64,000 bases of DNA, from assembly GCA_000002445.1 (NCBI GenBank), contig CM000207.1:1-64000 (forward strand), read 5' to 3'. Below are positions 48,811-61,770 of this stretch, piece after piece. Positions within the stretch are counted from its first letter, which is position 1, and every line of letters starts with the position of its first letter. This DNA is from Trypanosoma brucei (Eukaryota). Below the pieces are notes generated by a model. The model did no database searches. It worked only from the letters and a program-made list of their open reading frames with translations, and had not been told where the DNA came from. Both the position numbers and the translations under genes were made by a program.

Positions 48811-50001
48811 TTACAGCGTGTGGTTAATGACATCCCTCTCTGTGTGCCTCGCAAGTAGCGTCAGGTCGTCTGCAAAGAATCCGTGCTGCAGCAACGGCAC
48901 TTCTGCAAGGAACTGGCTCAACGAGTTCATGACAATAATGAACATGATTGGGCCAAGGACAGTTCCTTGTGGCACTCCTCGCTCAAATGTTCTGCTTCTA
49001 GAAAGCTTCTCCTTGAATCTCACTCTGCCAGTTCGGTTACTCAGAAATGATACGCACCACTTCACAATGTGGGGTGATACCTTCATTCTGTGCAATTCTC
49101 TCACAATTTTGTCGTGTTCTACTGTATCGAATGCCTTCTCGTAGTCGACGAATACAGCACCCGTACGAGATTGGTGCGTGGGACGGCAGAGGGAAGCGCG
49201 GACGTGCAGGAGTTGTTCCAGCGTTGAGCATCCGGGGCGAAAGCCTGATTGCTGCGGCGTCAGCTGGGACTCAACAGTGTCTCTAAGTCTCGCGGCAATT
49301 ATGCGTTCCATGAATTTGCAGAGACAGCTCGTGAGCGTCACAGGCCTGTAAGAATCGAGGTCCTCCGCCTTTTTTCCGGCCTTCAGGATGGGGATGATAA
49401 CACCGGTCTTCCATGTAGGCGGCACGACTCCCGTTCGTAGGTTCTCATTGAATAGCATCAGAACAACATTCAGCGCTGCTCTACCGAGATGTTGCAGTGC
49501 CTCGTTGTATAAGCAATCAGGTCCGGCTGCGGATCCACTCGGTAGCAGTTTGATCGATCTCCGTAGTTCAGCCATCGTGATGGGACTGAACTCACTCGCT
49601 ATTGTCTTTATGGGTGCCTGTGGGTGTGAGTCGATGTGCCTTCTTTCTCGGGACGAGTACAGTTTACTGAACCTCTCAGCTTGACGGTAGTCCGTGATGG
49701 CCACGTAATCAACAAGTACAGCCGGTGTGGTTAGTGGTCGTGGCGCATATACCTTCTTGACAATGTGCCAACTGCAGCGGTCTGACACCGCAAGTCTGGA
49801 GCATAGCGTGCTCCATCTCTTCTTTGTGGTACGGTCCAGGATCTGCTTACGCGTGACTACCAACTTTTCCCTTCGGTGGGATGTTCCGCATCCAGCGATC
49901 TCTTCATCGAGTTTCGCGAGCTCGGGTGTCCAATGTGGTGGCGTTGCTCTGCAGCCACGGGGGACGGAGGCCTTCGTCGCAATGAGGATGGCGGAGCTCA
50001 A
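48811..50001 (-). pseudogene. ingi copy 2 ORF segment: reverse transcriptase
   Basis: ...PQGTVLGPIMFIIVMNSLSQFLAEVPLLQHGFFADDLTLLARH... Confidence 0.75.
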
Positions 50002-50079
50002 TTTCTGTTCCAGGGTGTTGACGTTCTTCTCTCTACCAATTTTCCTGCAGAGCTCGTCAACCTTGAGACGGAAATTACT

Positions 50080-51058
50080 CTAGTCAGCTTTTAGCCATGC
50101 GTACATGGGCTTTCGAAGCCGCGGGCAACTCAGTGCATCTGTGTCCTCTCCAACGATAACGTCGAAAAATATGTGATGGTGATCGCTATCGGAAGAATAC
50201 AGCGATGTCCACGTGTACACTGTACAATTCCTTGACAGTGTCACATCAGGGGTGGACTCCCCATGGTGGCGCGCGTACCTGGTGCACTCACCAGTGTTGC
50301 AAACCAGAAACTGGTTGTCAATGCACCACTGTGTGAGGGTTTCACCCTTGGTATTTGTTGGGCTCGCGCGATCCCATGCCAACGCGTGTGCGTTAGCGTC
50401 TGCACCGATGAGCTGGGCACCGACAGTTGTCAGAAGCGTATCTAGGTCAGTTGCCGTGAAGATATATTTTGGTGGGATGTATGCCGACGTGACAGTCAGC
50501 GCCGTTGCACGTGTAAGGTGAATTGTTGCATGCACTTGTTCAATGCGACCAATAACGGCCATACCGGTATCGACTGGTAGGTCCTCCCTCACTAGTATTG
50601 ATACACCACCTCCTTTGCAGTTACGAGCTATTCCGTGATGTTGGTAGCCAGCAACGCTAAAGCAAGCCGCCTCTCCAGGCGTCATCCTTGTCTCGCTCAA
50701 CAGACAAAAGGCGATCCGCTCATCAACAAGGGTTTTGTGGAGTGCTAATCTCTTTCCTTGAGATAGCCCGGCGCAGTTCCACTGCATCCCGCGCAACGAC
50801 GGGCCGGGATTCTCTTCCACATCACCGGACATCAGAATCTTGGTGCGGATGATACTGCTGATGGCACGCTGGCAAATGCCCATGGACTGACAAATGAAAA
50901 ACGGTGTCCCAGCAAGACGCTGCTGATCCCTGTGCTGTATTATGCCGTAGCAGGAGCGAAGCATTGTTCCCCATGAAAGGAACGCTGCTGGCTCTTGGCT
51001 TCCCCCGATGATACGGGGCACTGGACCCTGGCACCACGTTGAGGTGGCTGGCATCGCC
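50080..51058 (-). pseudogene. ingi copy 2 ORF segment: endonuclease-like N-terminal region with 2A-like peptide
   Basis: ...MPATSTWCQGPVPRIIGG...RTKILMSGDVEENPGPSLRGMQWNCAGLSQGKRLALHKTLVDERIAF... The called ORF starts in flanking DNA (MRSFFAIFVVLFTQA). Confidence 0.7.
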
Positions 51059-51099
51059 TGAGTAAATAGTACAACAAAGATAGCAAAGAATGACCGCAA

Positions 51100-51960
51100 A
51101 AATCCCAGTGTTTGTGGTTGTAGTAAAACTTATGTAACTCAAGTATCGTGTAGATTAATATTGAGTGACAAACTAAGCCATATTAAAATTATTACAATTG
51201 AAATGGGAGGTTTGTATACTCATGCTAAGAGGCGTAGGTGGGTTATAAAATTTTTAGAAATACAAAATGCAAGTGATGAGGATATTGTAATAAGTGTAGA
51301 TGGGTCTGATGTTATAATTTCTGATGGGAATAAGAACGAGATTGTTGTGAACATTTTATACGAGAAACAACTCACAGTGGGAACAAATTTCATGAAGAAG
51401 ATATTCACAGAAAGCACATAAACAGATGTTATTAGTTTTTTAATGTTGGACACAGAAAAGAAGAGGATAAGAAGTTACCTCACTTACTTAAATCATCTCC
51501 TGGTTGAAACACCTATCTTAGTGGTGGTCGTTTGATAGGGCGAGTATGGACATTTAAGAAATTTGAATATGCTTTTAGAGAGTTACTAAAGGGAAGTGGG
51601 GAGTGGTGGTCAGAGCAGAGTATTTACAAAGCATTGTTAATATGGAGTGCAATTCAGGAAGAAGCTGTTGGACAGAGCTTTGTTTTGAAGAGGGGAAAGA
51701 ATGTATTTGATTATAAGAAGATATTTCTTACTATAACAAATAGTGTCATATAGGAGCGGAAACATTGATACATTTTGCAGAGCAGCCAATTGCATGGGAA
51801 CATAAAGCGGAACGGATTGTGGAAAAATTTACTTGGCACAGATAGTTTAAAAGGACGGTGTTTACAACTACTGAATCGAAAAATTCAAGAATATGCAGTA
51901 TCTAGAGAGAAATGTGGTTTTAGCTATCGGGAAATTCGTGGTGAAAGTTTTTCATAAGTG
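51100..51960 (+). repeat. VSG-upstream module type 1, copy C, abutting the ingi copy 2 5' end
   Basis: ORF 51161..51421 (...ASDEDIVISVDGSDVIISDGNKNE...) and ORF 51532..51753 MIGRVWTFKKFEYAFRELLKGSGEWWSEQSIYKALLIWSAIQEEAVGQSFVL. Confidence 0.6.
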
Positions 51961-52252
51961 GATCTGTTTAAAGTTATGAAGTTGTAAACATAAAAATGGA
52001 CGGTAATGTTTACTTCCAAGCCCTTGCATTCTAACAGGCGAAACCTTTACCAAGGCAAAACTAACCATGTGAAGACCGCCTTTGTGTGCCGTTCTGCTTC
52101 ATGGAGATACAACCTCTAAAGCGTAGGGGTCAAACACTTATACAAAATGAGGCAGCGGAGACAACTAGACTACAATGCAACACAACCTGCCTTAACACCT
52201 GCCCTGTTACTTATTGCTGATACACAAAAAGCTCCAAGCAAAGTAGAATCTG

Positions 52253-53779
52253 ATGATCTATATAGTGCTCCTAGCGCTCTTTGCGTTACCCAAGGCAGTA
52301 TCTCCAGCTGCCAACCAAAACGCAGCTGAGTACAGAGCTTTATGCGATTTAATAGCGCTCAAGGAGTCCATTTCGACGTTAACTGAACCAACAGCCGACA
52401 CTGCAGTTACAGACATCGTTAACGACATCGAAATGCTGAACATATCAACGGCCACAGACAGTTTCATAGCGGACAGAGATGGCGAACTTAAAGAGACAGA
52501 ATCGGGAGTCAAAAAAAGCGAAAAAGAGGCATGGCAGGAAAAGATAAAAAAGCTCGATCAAGAGACAGGAGAACCCAAAACTGTCAAATACAAAAGACTA
52601 AAAGACAAAACGACGCGTGGGCCAGCAAACCAAAACATCAACAAGTTGCTGCAACGGGCTCAGCAGCTGAAAATTGCTTACGAACAACAGATCTCAGAGG
52701 CGAAATCAAAAAAAACAGCGATTACAACATCAATTAAAAACGCTATTTACGGAAAAGGACAGGAAGACTTCCAAGAAAAAGCACTTGACACCAACGACGC
52801 AAAAAACAACTGCGGAAAAGCGGCAGGCAGCGAAAACGTCGGTCAAAGCCTAAGCAACGACCTGGTGTGCCTTTGCATACCGGACCAAGGCGCGAACGGA
52901 AACGACTTGTGCGAACACGGGCTGCAACCAACAGCGGTAGCCGTAGCAAACCGAGGCAGCCAAACCACACCACAGTACACCACCATGGTCAACGGCTGCA
53001 AACTGCAGCATCGGAAAAGACAACTGACGCCATATTTAATAATCCAACGCCTCGCAGCGTTTGACAGCCTTTTGGGCAGACAAGCGCAAACAGCGACCAC
53101 AGCAGCGGCGACAAGAACACTTGGCAAACCACACAGCGATGGAAACTGCGACAACAGCGCAACCCAGGGCATGTGCGTCAACTATAAGCAGCAAATAGAA
53201 ACAGCAACCACAGGCATCCCATGGGTAGCACAACTAACCCAAGCCGCCCATGATTTAACAGCAATGAACAAAGCAACAGAACATGCGGCAGCCATCAAGA
53301 CACAACTGGAGAGCATTCAAGCGAGTGCTTGGGCTGTCTACGCAGCGGCGGTAAACACCGAGCTCAACCAACGGCACCCAAAGCAAAACGAACAACCGAT
53401 ACAAGCAACAACAGTCAACGACAACAAGTGCAAGCCAACAAACGCAACTCCTGCCGAATGCCCAAGCGACCATTGCGTTTATGACGATAAAGCAACAGAT
53501 GGTAACAAATGCAAACCTAAACCAGGAACAGAAACCACAGCAGCAGCAGGAACAGGAGAGACACCAAAAGAGGGAGCAGCTGCAACTGGGTGTGTAGCAC
53601 ACAAAGATAAAACCACTTGTGAAAATGACAAAACAGGCGACAAGCAAAATTGTGCATGGAGAAGGGGAAAAGATAGTGAGCCTGACCGAGAAAAAGAAAT
53701 GTGCCTTGATTCCAGTTCTCTTGTCAATAAGAAGTTGGATCTGATGGCTGCTGCTTTTGTGAGCTTGGTAAAATTTTAG
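52253..53779 (+). CDS. VSG: Variant surface glycoprotein, apparently intact (508 aa, a-type)
   Basis: MIYIVLLALFALPKAVSPAANQNAAEYRALCDLIAL... A complete C-terminal domain ...CENDKTGDKQNCAWRRGKDSEPDREKEMCLDSSSLVNKKLDLMAAAFVSLVKF*. The signal peptide is short, so the start codon is uncertain. Confidence 0.8.
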   Translation: MIYIVLLALFALPKAVSPAANQNAAEYRALCDLIALKESISTLTEPTADTAVTDIVNDIEMLNISTATDSFIADRDGELKETESGVKKSEKEAWQEKIKKLDQETGEPKTVKYKRLKDKTTRGPANQNINKLLQRAQQLKIAYEQQISEAKSKKTAITTSIKNAIYGKGQEDFQEKALDTNDAKNNCGKAAGSENVGQSLSNDLVCLCIPDQGANGNDLCEHGLQPTAVAVANRGSQTTPQYTTMVNGCKLQHRKRQLTPYLIIQRLAAFDSLLGRQAQTATTAAATRTLGKPHSDGNCDNSATQGMCVNYKQQIETATTGIPWVAQLTQAAHDLTAMNKATEHAAAIKTQLESIQASAWAVYAAAVNTELNQRHPKQNEQPIQATTVNDNKCKPTNATPAECPSDHCVYDDKATDGNKCKPKPGTETTAAAGTGETPKEGAAATGCVAHKDKTTCENDKTGDKQNCAWRRGKDSEPDREKEMCLDSSSLVNKKLDLMAAAFVSLVKF

Positions 53780-54019
53780 AATTATAAGTATTTTGGGTCA
53801 ATTTTATAAAATTTATGAAACTTTCTAAATTTGATAAAATTTTCACTATTGCTTTTAACAATTTGCAAATTGATCAAAAGTTTTAATTGTTATTCAAATG
53901 TGAAATACGAAAATATGCTACGAAAGTGAAATATCAGATCAAGGTGGTATAGTTATATGGTATGAGAAATTAGCGTTATTATAATTTGGTTTTTTGTATT
54001 TTGTTTGCTTTATGGATAC

Positions 54020-54125
54020 TAGTTATGGTTTTATAAATAATAAAGATGGTAATAATAACAATAATAATAATGATACTAAGAGAGTTTTGTGAGTGTGTAT
54101 ATACTAATATTATAATAAGAATGAT
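54020..54125 (+). repeat. 70-bp repeat(s), forward
   Basis: ...aataataatgatactaagagagttttgtgagtgtgtatatactaatattataat... Confidence 0.8.
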
Positions 54126-54399
54126 GTTGAGGACGAAACGGACAGAGACGAAAAAGCACTTAAAACAGTGCTGAAGATGTAATGGGAGTACATGAGTTAG
54201 AAAAAGCTTTGAGAAGCGACCAGCTATATTATTAGACAAAATGCAGAGAGGGGATGTATCATACGCATTGCGAAGAAAATACGTAATGATAGATCATCAT
54301 AAGAAAGAATATGGTGGCAGAAATCATCAAGTGGAACAGCGTAGTAAATGGACCAAATGTAGTTACTGCCTTTTACGTAACAGAAGCAGAAGGAGATGC

Positions 54400-54600
54400 T
54401 TCTGCCTAAAGCCCCAGTAAAGACCGGCGACAAAGGAATGAGAATGCGCGCATATGACACAATGGAGGATATCTATGAAGCGGGTTCAATCAGCGGTGAT
54501 ACTCCTGGAACTCCTAGTGGCGTACTGAAAGGACGCTAACCTCTTTCAAGAGCGAATGATAAATATAATTGCTTTTACTGACGAAGGGGTAAAGGCACAA
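54400..54600 (+). repeat. VSG-upstream module type 2, copy 3 (divergent)
   Basis: ...ttcaatcagcggtgatactcctggaactcctagtggcgtactgaaaggacgc... Confidence 0.4.
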
Positions 54601-55353
54601 TTTTATAAAGCAAAAGCGGCTGAAAACGAATTTCTGGACCCAATTTGTGCAGCCTAAACGACAGAGAAGTACAGCGACACAGTCTGTATGGCGTAAGTGG
54701 ATGAGCGAATACTTTCAGCAGAAAAGGAAAAAACGGTACCTGATTACTCAGAGTAAAAGCAAAACCTTAAAATTAATAGAAGATAAAAGAGAGTAAGAAT
54801 AATAAGGAATAGATGCTTTAGATATAGATATAGAATAACTTTCTTGCAATTAATATTGAGATTTATTCAATTAAGCTGCTCGCATATTCACGTCAGCACT
54901 GCAACACTGCAGATGGACAACATCATCTTTTTCACTTCCCTATACATTACAAAAAGAAACAATCGAAACGCAAAATCTATTGAGGTCAGTTCTCCATTAA
55001 TAAAATTTTTGTGTGCTGGACGATAATGATATAACACAAAGTCAGCAACCAGCACGACTGCTTCGGAAACAGCGCTTGTAATCCAGCTTTTCTGGATGGT
55101 AAAGGCTAAGCTGACCTAAGTCAATTTGGTGAACCTTTTTCTGGTCCATTTAAATGCAGATTCACGCTCAGCGAAACCGCCGGCCAACCGTTAAATACTT
55201 TCAAGCCTATTTTTCTGTCGACTGCCGGCGTCCACAAACCTGTGTCCTTTCATAGACTAAGTCGAGAAGCCAAACCAGAGATGCAAAATAAATGCTCCCG
55301 GTTTTTTCAGTGTACGAGCGCTCAGTGCCAAACATTGCACAGGTTAAGCCACT

Positions 55354-55668
55354 GTGTATCTTAAAGTAAAGTTAGACCATCGCATGAACTTTCTTCTGGC
55401 ACTTTCACTGGTGTTTGGGACAACCGGCGTTGTTCACTGCGCCGATAAGGCGGCGCTAACCGCGGGCGCCGTTAACGTCGTATGCAAGTTGACAACAAGC
55501 CTCAAAGCTTCAGCCAAGAGGTACAAGGGTATTCTGTCAGAAGCGGACGCCAAGCTCGCACCTATGAGACGTCAAATTCTCAAAGCGCGACTCTACAAGA
55601 TTCTAGCCAACAAGACAAGAGAAGCCGAACGAGTGACGACCATATCCAGAACAGACAGAAAAAAATGA
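55354..55668 (+). pseudogene. VSG N-terminal fragment (b-type-like)
   Basis: MYLKVKLDHRMNFLLALSLVFGTTGVVHCADKAALTAGAVNVVCKLTTSLKASAKRYKG..., paralogous to the N-terminus at 36577. The downstream ~1.1 kb (55680-56780) has no continuous frame. Confidence 0.55.
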
Positions 55669-56787
55669 AAACCTAAGGCAGAAGTACCAGAATTAGAGTG
55701 TAAAACGCGATCACAAAAGCAGCCGCACCAGCAGGTCTAACAGTTTGGAACATGGGCAACGCGATAATGCTAATGTTCCAAGTTGACGGAACTACAAACA
55801 GATGTCTGTTTGAATCTACTTTTCTGGCACCACAGCGGCGGCGGCACATCTAACAGCTTGATTAACCGGATGCAGCGGCTTAATTGCCATTAAAGCCACC
55901 AAAGCCGAGGGAGACATAGCAACAGCGGCATTGCGGCAGGTTATTTCACGCCTAAAATTTCCGCTCCGGCTCCACCACATAATTTCCCTCAGTCACCTTT
56001 CCAACAGTGAAGCTCGGATAGCCTTTAAGATTTAAGAAATGGATGCAATCGGATAGTACACGACGAACTTTTGCCAGGGACACACGGAGTTTCAGGAACT
56101 GACCACTACACGCAATGACACCAATATCATTTTTTGTAGCAGTAGCATTTACAGTCACTTTAAACAATGCAACAACTGAAGGCACGGAATATACAGCGGC
56201 CGACGACAGAAGTTGAAAAAATCAAGGACAAGGGAAATTTTTCATAGTAGGTTACGAAAGAAGTTGCAGCTTCTCGGCTGGTAGCCAGAGGCAGCAACAC
56301 CAGTCCATAAAAAAAATACAAAATAGTGGTAAAAAAAGGTCACATAAAGGACTTTTAACTCCACTTAAACGGCAGCATTCCCTCGACCAAAAGGAACCTG
56401 AAGGGTCAACCCAATGAATTGCAAACGAAAAAACACAACGAAGTAAGCAAGAGGAAAGTCATGGAAGATGCGAAAAGGCGTACAAAAGGACAAGCACACG
56501 AGAAAGTTCAATGCAAATGGTATCGCATTCCGGTATTCCAACACAGATAGCTTTTTATCGCTCTGCGTTTAATACGCAAAGGTCAATAGCCAAACGAGCC
56601 GGTAGAATACAATCCAATGTAAGAAAAACAAAGAAGGATGACCATAAGAGCAGCCGGTGCGCTGCAGATAGTATTGTGGACCCTTAGCTTCACAAATGGG
56701 GATGGCGAATTGGAACAATGCGCGTCTCCTTGCGCCTGCGAAAAGAGAGCTGAGAACACGGCGCGAAACCGGCAGAGCTTGCTGTAA

Positions 56788-58024
56788 ACCAAAACAGCGA
56801 TAGTTTCTGATAACGCGGCAGTAGAAATACGGCTTTTGGCAGCGGCGACAACGACCGACAACCCAAACCCCTTTCAGCTGGGACCGGCAGCGGCAGTGGC
56901 ACTAAAAATTGTCTCAGAGGACACCGGAAAGCTGAAGGAAGCAACGCCAACGATATTGTCAGCAATCAAACGCCTCAGCCGCCTGCAAGAGTATTACGCC
57001 ACAGCAAACAGGCTAACAAGAGATGATATAACAGTCAAACTAGCCGGAGGCTACAGCGGCACCTCGTTTCAAAACGGGCCGATAACCAAGGCAACGATCA
57101 CAGAGCACAAACCGAGCAGCTGCCGCGAGGACGCAGCTGAAGATGAAAAAACAAAGGCAGCCTTACAACTAGAACAGAAAATGAACTTCAAGAAAATCGA
57201 CATCGGGGCCAACGTGTACCATGCATGCGCCGACAACATAGACTCGACGCCATGCAACGGAAACTCAGAAACCAGCTACATTTGTACAAAAATAGAAATC
57301 GGCAAAACGCTGCAGACCACCGCGGACGCCAACCTCGGAACCGACGGACATTACAAAAAATCTGGCTTCGGCCCACTACTAACGCAGCTACTCACCCCGG
57401 ACGACGTATACAATAAAATGACTGACGTCATTGCGGAAGTAGAGAAACTACGCAGTATCTCCTCATTAAAGGACGCCAAACTCTTCTCAGATTACCCGAC
57501 CGTGACGGCATTCATAGAAAGGCAAGTGATCGGGGTACCCATCGGACAGTCACCGACACCCCAACAGGCCACAGCCATAGCGGAGCAAATAAAAACTGCC
57601 TACGGCACAAGCAGCCGACTTCTAACAGAAAATATGGAAAACAACACAAGAAACAACAACCACATTCAACGCCCCAAAAGAAGCGGTGAGCAAAAAAATT
57701 GAACAAATTAACTCCGACTCAGACCTTATATCGGTTATTGCAATAAATTTAGCGAAAAGCGGAAAAGAAACTAAAACAGCGTGTCCTACGTTATCCATAC
57801 AAGACAAACAAGTAGGGAAAGAATGCAGTGGAGAAACCGAGAAAGATAAATGTAACGACAAAGAAGGATGCAAATATAACGATAAAGAAAAGAAATGCGA
57901 AGAAGATCCTGCAAAAACTACAGCAGCAGAAGCCAAAGATTCCAAAACAACAAACACCACAGGAAGCAATTCTTTTGTCATTCATAAGACTCCTTTTTTG
58001 ATTGCACTTTTCCTAATAGGATAA
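56788..58024 (+). pseudogene. VSG pseudogene lacking an N-terminal signal; C-terminal domain in a shifted frame with an intact GPI signal
   Basis: ORF 56836..57702 is an N-domain with only a TTG start. ORF 57686..58024 gives ...CSGETEKDKCNDKEGCKYNDKEKKCEED...NTTGSNSFVIHKTPFLIALFLIG*. 16-mer TGGTATATTTTAAAAC at 58105. Confidence 0.7.
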
Positions 58025-58264
58025 AACGTTTAGCTTTTTGCTTAAACTTTTTAAATTTATGAAACTTTGCTATTTTGGAAGAATTTGCTAGCATTTATTA
58101 AATTTGGTATATTTTAAAACTTTTTGACAACCGCTTTCAAATTTCTGAAGACTTTTTAAAATTTTAGTAAAATGTTTATGAAAGTAGCATAGGGGTATAC
58201 AGCAGCAAGGTGATAGAGCATGGAAATGAGTACTGTTCTCATTTGTCCTATTTTGTTTATTTTA

Positions 58265-58380
58265 TGGATATTAGTTATATTAATTACAGTATTATCAATA
58301 ATCATAATAATAATGGTGATGATAAGAAAGTGTTGTGAGTGCTTAAATGCGAATATTATAATAAAAGTGGTCGTAGAGAG
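58265..58380 (+). repeat. 70-bp repeat, forward
   Basis: ...ataataataatggtgatgataagaaagtgttgtgagtgcttaaatgcgaatattataat... Confidence 0.75.
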
Positions 58381-59972
58381 TGAATGAACTGAAAGAAGTG
58401 AAGCAGTAAGAATAATGACAGCTGTGCAATGGAAGTGAGTAAGGGACTGAGAGGCAGAGGTGGAATATGCTCATTTTCGAACACATCCACGAAGATGGCT
58501 ATTATCATACACAATGATGTAATCTATGTGGCAGTAAGGAATAGACTGTACAGTTTTAAACAAAATTTTGTTGCTACGTTAGCCGAATTGATTTTTCAAA
58601 AAGCTAAAAATAGGAAAGAGAGTATGGAATGAAATAACTGAATGCGTAATAGTACTCAAACAAGGATACAAAAGTCAATGATTTCTAGTTTTATACTAAA
58701 AAAATAGTTTCAACGTGCAGCTAGCAGCGGCTGTGGACTTTAAACTAATAGAGGATACAAAAGTCAAAATTAAGTGTAACACTCACTGCTCTTTCATCAA
58801 GTAGTTGGTAGTTTGTAGTTGGGGATGGAGGTAATAGAATATAAAATTTATATATAACGACAAAAACGTGTTGTAATTTTATTAAAAAAAAAGAGTAACA
58901 TGGGGTTTAGATTCCAAACGCAACTATAACCTGTCTAAAGTTTGTTCTACGGTAAAATATTCCTGCATCGACAGAAGTCTAGAACCAGTATCGACCAAAA
59001 ACAAGACTATACACACCCACAGCGAATTCAAAGACCAAAATAGTCGATGCAACGCAGTTAACTGAAAAATAGTTGTTTCCATAGCCAGTCAAACAGAGGT
59101 GGAAAGTATAATATCAATGCAACTAACTGCTAACCAAATACAGTCTACCAACACATGAATGAAATAAACAGCTAAATTGGTTGTAATCAGGTATTGAGAG
59201 CAAAGCTAACGTGAAAGATGTTCCTTTAATTTTTGGACACCCACGCGGAGAAATTTGATGGCATTTGACGACTTTAACATAGAGAGGATAAATTTAATAG
59301 AGGAAAAGTAGGGGAAGGTTCTTTTGTGGATAATTTTATGACGTAGCTACAACCAATGCCACTTAGCAGGACGAGTATCACGAAATACAAAAGGTGGAAT
59401 GCAGAACGTGTACAAGCAGCCGACAGAACTTGTTTCCACCTCCATCAAACGCGTCACTTGAAAACCACACGACAAATGGACTATATTTCGGACAGGCGCA
59501 AAAGGTACAAGCAGTCTTTGCAATAGAATGATCAAGCATTCTTCATAAGTTCAGACGGCATCAAGGTAATCAGACAATAATTGACTTCCTGTTTTCCGTG
59601 CTCCTTTTAATGACAAAGTGACATCACAAAGTCGATACTGCAATACCGGCAGGGTTATTTTCAGTGTCCTTGGAGCCAGTGACCTACATGACAGAGAAGC
59701 CAGCAAAAACTGGCCACAAAAAGATCTCGAAACAAAGAACTAACACGGGGAAAATGGAGGTCATCAAGCACACCAGACCGAGGCAACGCATTTATACAAA
59801 GGCATGCGCCGTAGAAGCGGAAGTTCAAAGCATCGCAGCATCAAACAGCCGTCACCACGGTGATTACAAAGGAAGAGTAAAAACCACCATGAAAATAGCG
59901 GAGACGATACCTCATCTGCAACTACAACAGACGCAATCCAGCAATCCTTTTTGTTAATAAAAGGAAGCAAGC

Positions 59973-61372
59973 ATGAAGAAAATGAAATTACTGGCTTTGA
60001 TCGCGCTTCTCACACTAGGGACACAAACCCGATATACAGCAGGTAACAAGAAAGCCATGAAAGTCAGTGCCTTCAAAGCTCTGTGCGACATAAGCGGTGA
60101 GCTGAAAAAAGATGCGGCTATAGCCGGCGAAGCTCTAGCAAACCTACTGTCTCAAGCCCAAAAGAACAGAGATATCTCAGTTGACCTGCACATACTAGGT
60201 AGACAAAACGAAACAGCAGAGCTTGCTGCAGCGGCCGCCATAGCATTCATGGCCGACAGGAAAGCCGACAAGATAACTAGCCAGGTCAAGAAAATGGCCT
60301 CAAAAGCCACCCACGCGGCGGCGACGACCGCATATCTAAGCGGCTTTATAGACCAAACCACAAGCATTTTCGATCAAGCCGCCGGAAGCACCGACCACTG
60401 CATCGCACAAGAAAACGGAAACAGGAACACAAACTACGGCGAATTAGCCGGGTGCTTAACAGAAAGCAAAAGTCACCCGGCAATACCCACATCAACAGCA
60501 GGCGAGCCCGACCTCGACGCGAAGATCAAAGCTGTAGCTCAGCTCAACAACCAAGACAAAAGCAGCGGAACTAACGTTTGCTTGCTGACGTCGACGCAAA
60601 GCGGCCCCACTGGATACGGCGGGACAACAAACCAACCGAACAACAGTCGAACGGGTTGGCGGCATCATGTCGTTCGGCAACGCAGCACTAGCAACCAGCG
60701 CCTTCCCGAAAACAGCATCAACCATCGGCGAAACCCCATTAATCAAAGCGGCTACGACAGCGGTAGACAACGCAGAAACTCCAGCAGAATGCCTAGACGC
60801 CGAAGCGGTCATCCTCAACAAAATAGCAGAGACAACGGCCAGACAAACGTTCACAGACTTTGACACAACGGAGCAGCGCGTAGGACAAAGCGAAAAAACA
60901 ACGCAACACAAAATAAAAGGGATAGACTTGACAAACCTAGCAGCGAAGCTGAAAGGCTACCAAGACAGTCAAGGTGGCGAGGCAAAGATTCAAAAGAAAC
61001 GAAAAGAATACCAAAAAACGTACTCCAGACAACTTAACGAGGTTACAGTACACTGCCAGACAATGGAATGCGAGGTGCGTACCACAAATAAAGCAGAAGA
61101 AAGCGAGTGCAATTCAGCAGGAGACGACGCAAGAAAATGTATGACACTAGAAAAAAAGGGTGCACTTTTAACAAAAAAACAAAAAAATGTGAGTTGAAAA
61201 AGGATGCGAAAGCTGAACTAGAAAAAGAAAGCCAAGAAACAGGAGGGAATGATGAGAAAACTAAATCGAAGTGGACATGTAAAGAGCAAAAAGAGTGCAC
61301 AAAAAGTTGCAAATGAGAAAATAATGCTTGCAAGGATTCTAGTTTTCTCGTCCATAATAAATTCGCCTGATG
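59973..61372 (+). pseudogene. VSG pseudogene with at least two frameshifts and a premature stop in the GPI signal
   Basis: ORFs 59973..60863 (signal MKKMKLLALIALLTLGTQTRYTAGNKKAMKVSAFKALCDI), 60667..61197 and 61107..61316. The C-terminus ...KGCTFNKKTKKCELKKDAKAELEKESQETGGNDEKT...ENNACKDSSFLVHNKFA* is cut by TGA where paralogs have LMAA. Confidence 0.75.
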
Positions 61373-61699
61373 ACTGATAATTTTATGAGTATGGTAGACT
61401 TTTAGAATTTCAATGATTTTAGAGTTATAAGGATTTTTTGCACAATTTCATAAAAGCTATGAAAATATGAAAAATTAGTAAAATGTGACGTATTATTATA
61501 CTTTTTGACGAAAATGTGCGATTAACGACATTTATGAAAATATGAAAAGCTTTACAATTTTAAAACTTTTGTAAAGTGTGTATGATAGTAGAATATGTGT
61601 GTAAATTAGTGTGGTGAAATAGTTTGAAGAAAGAGAACAGTTCTTATTTTATTTATTCAATTTATATTAGTTATTCTACTTATACATGTTAGTGCTATA

Positions 61700-61770
61700 G
61701 CAATTTTTAAACAGTAACGGCAAGGATAATGATATGTTGTAACTGTGTATATACTAATATTATAAGAGTG
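61700..61770 (+). repeat. 70-bp repeat, forward, single
   Basis: ...gataatgatatgttgtaactgtgtatatactaatattataag... Confidence 0.7.

Larger units (their letters stand above)
45819..51058 (-). mobile_element. ingi non-LTR retrotransposon copy 2 (~5.24 kb), degenerate
   Basis: Near-identical to copy 1 along its whole length. 3' end ...CCCACGAAGGCACGAAAGAAAAAAA. 5' end GGCGATGCCAGCCACCTCAACGTGG (the first ~4 nt of the consensus 5' terminus are not matched). The minus ORF is broken into 50080..51099, 48811..50001, 48460..48798 and 46192..48318. No obvious target-site duplication. Confidence 0.9.
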
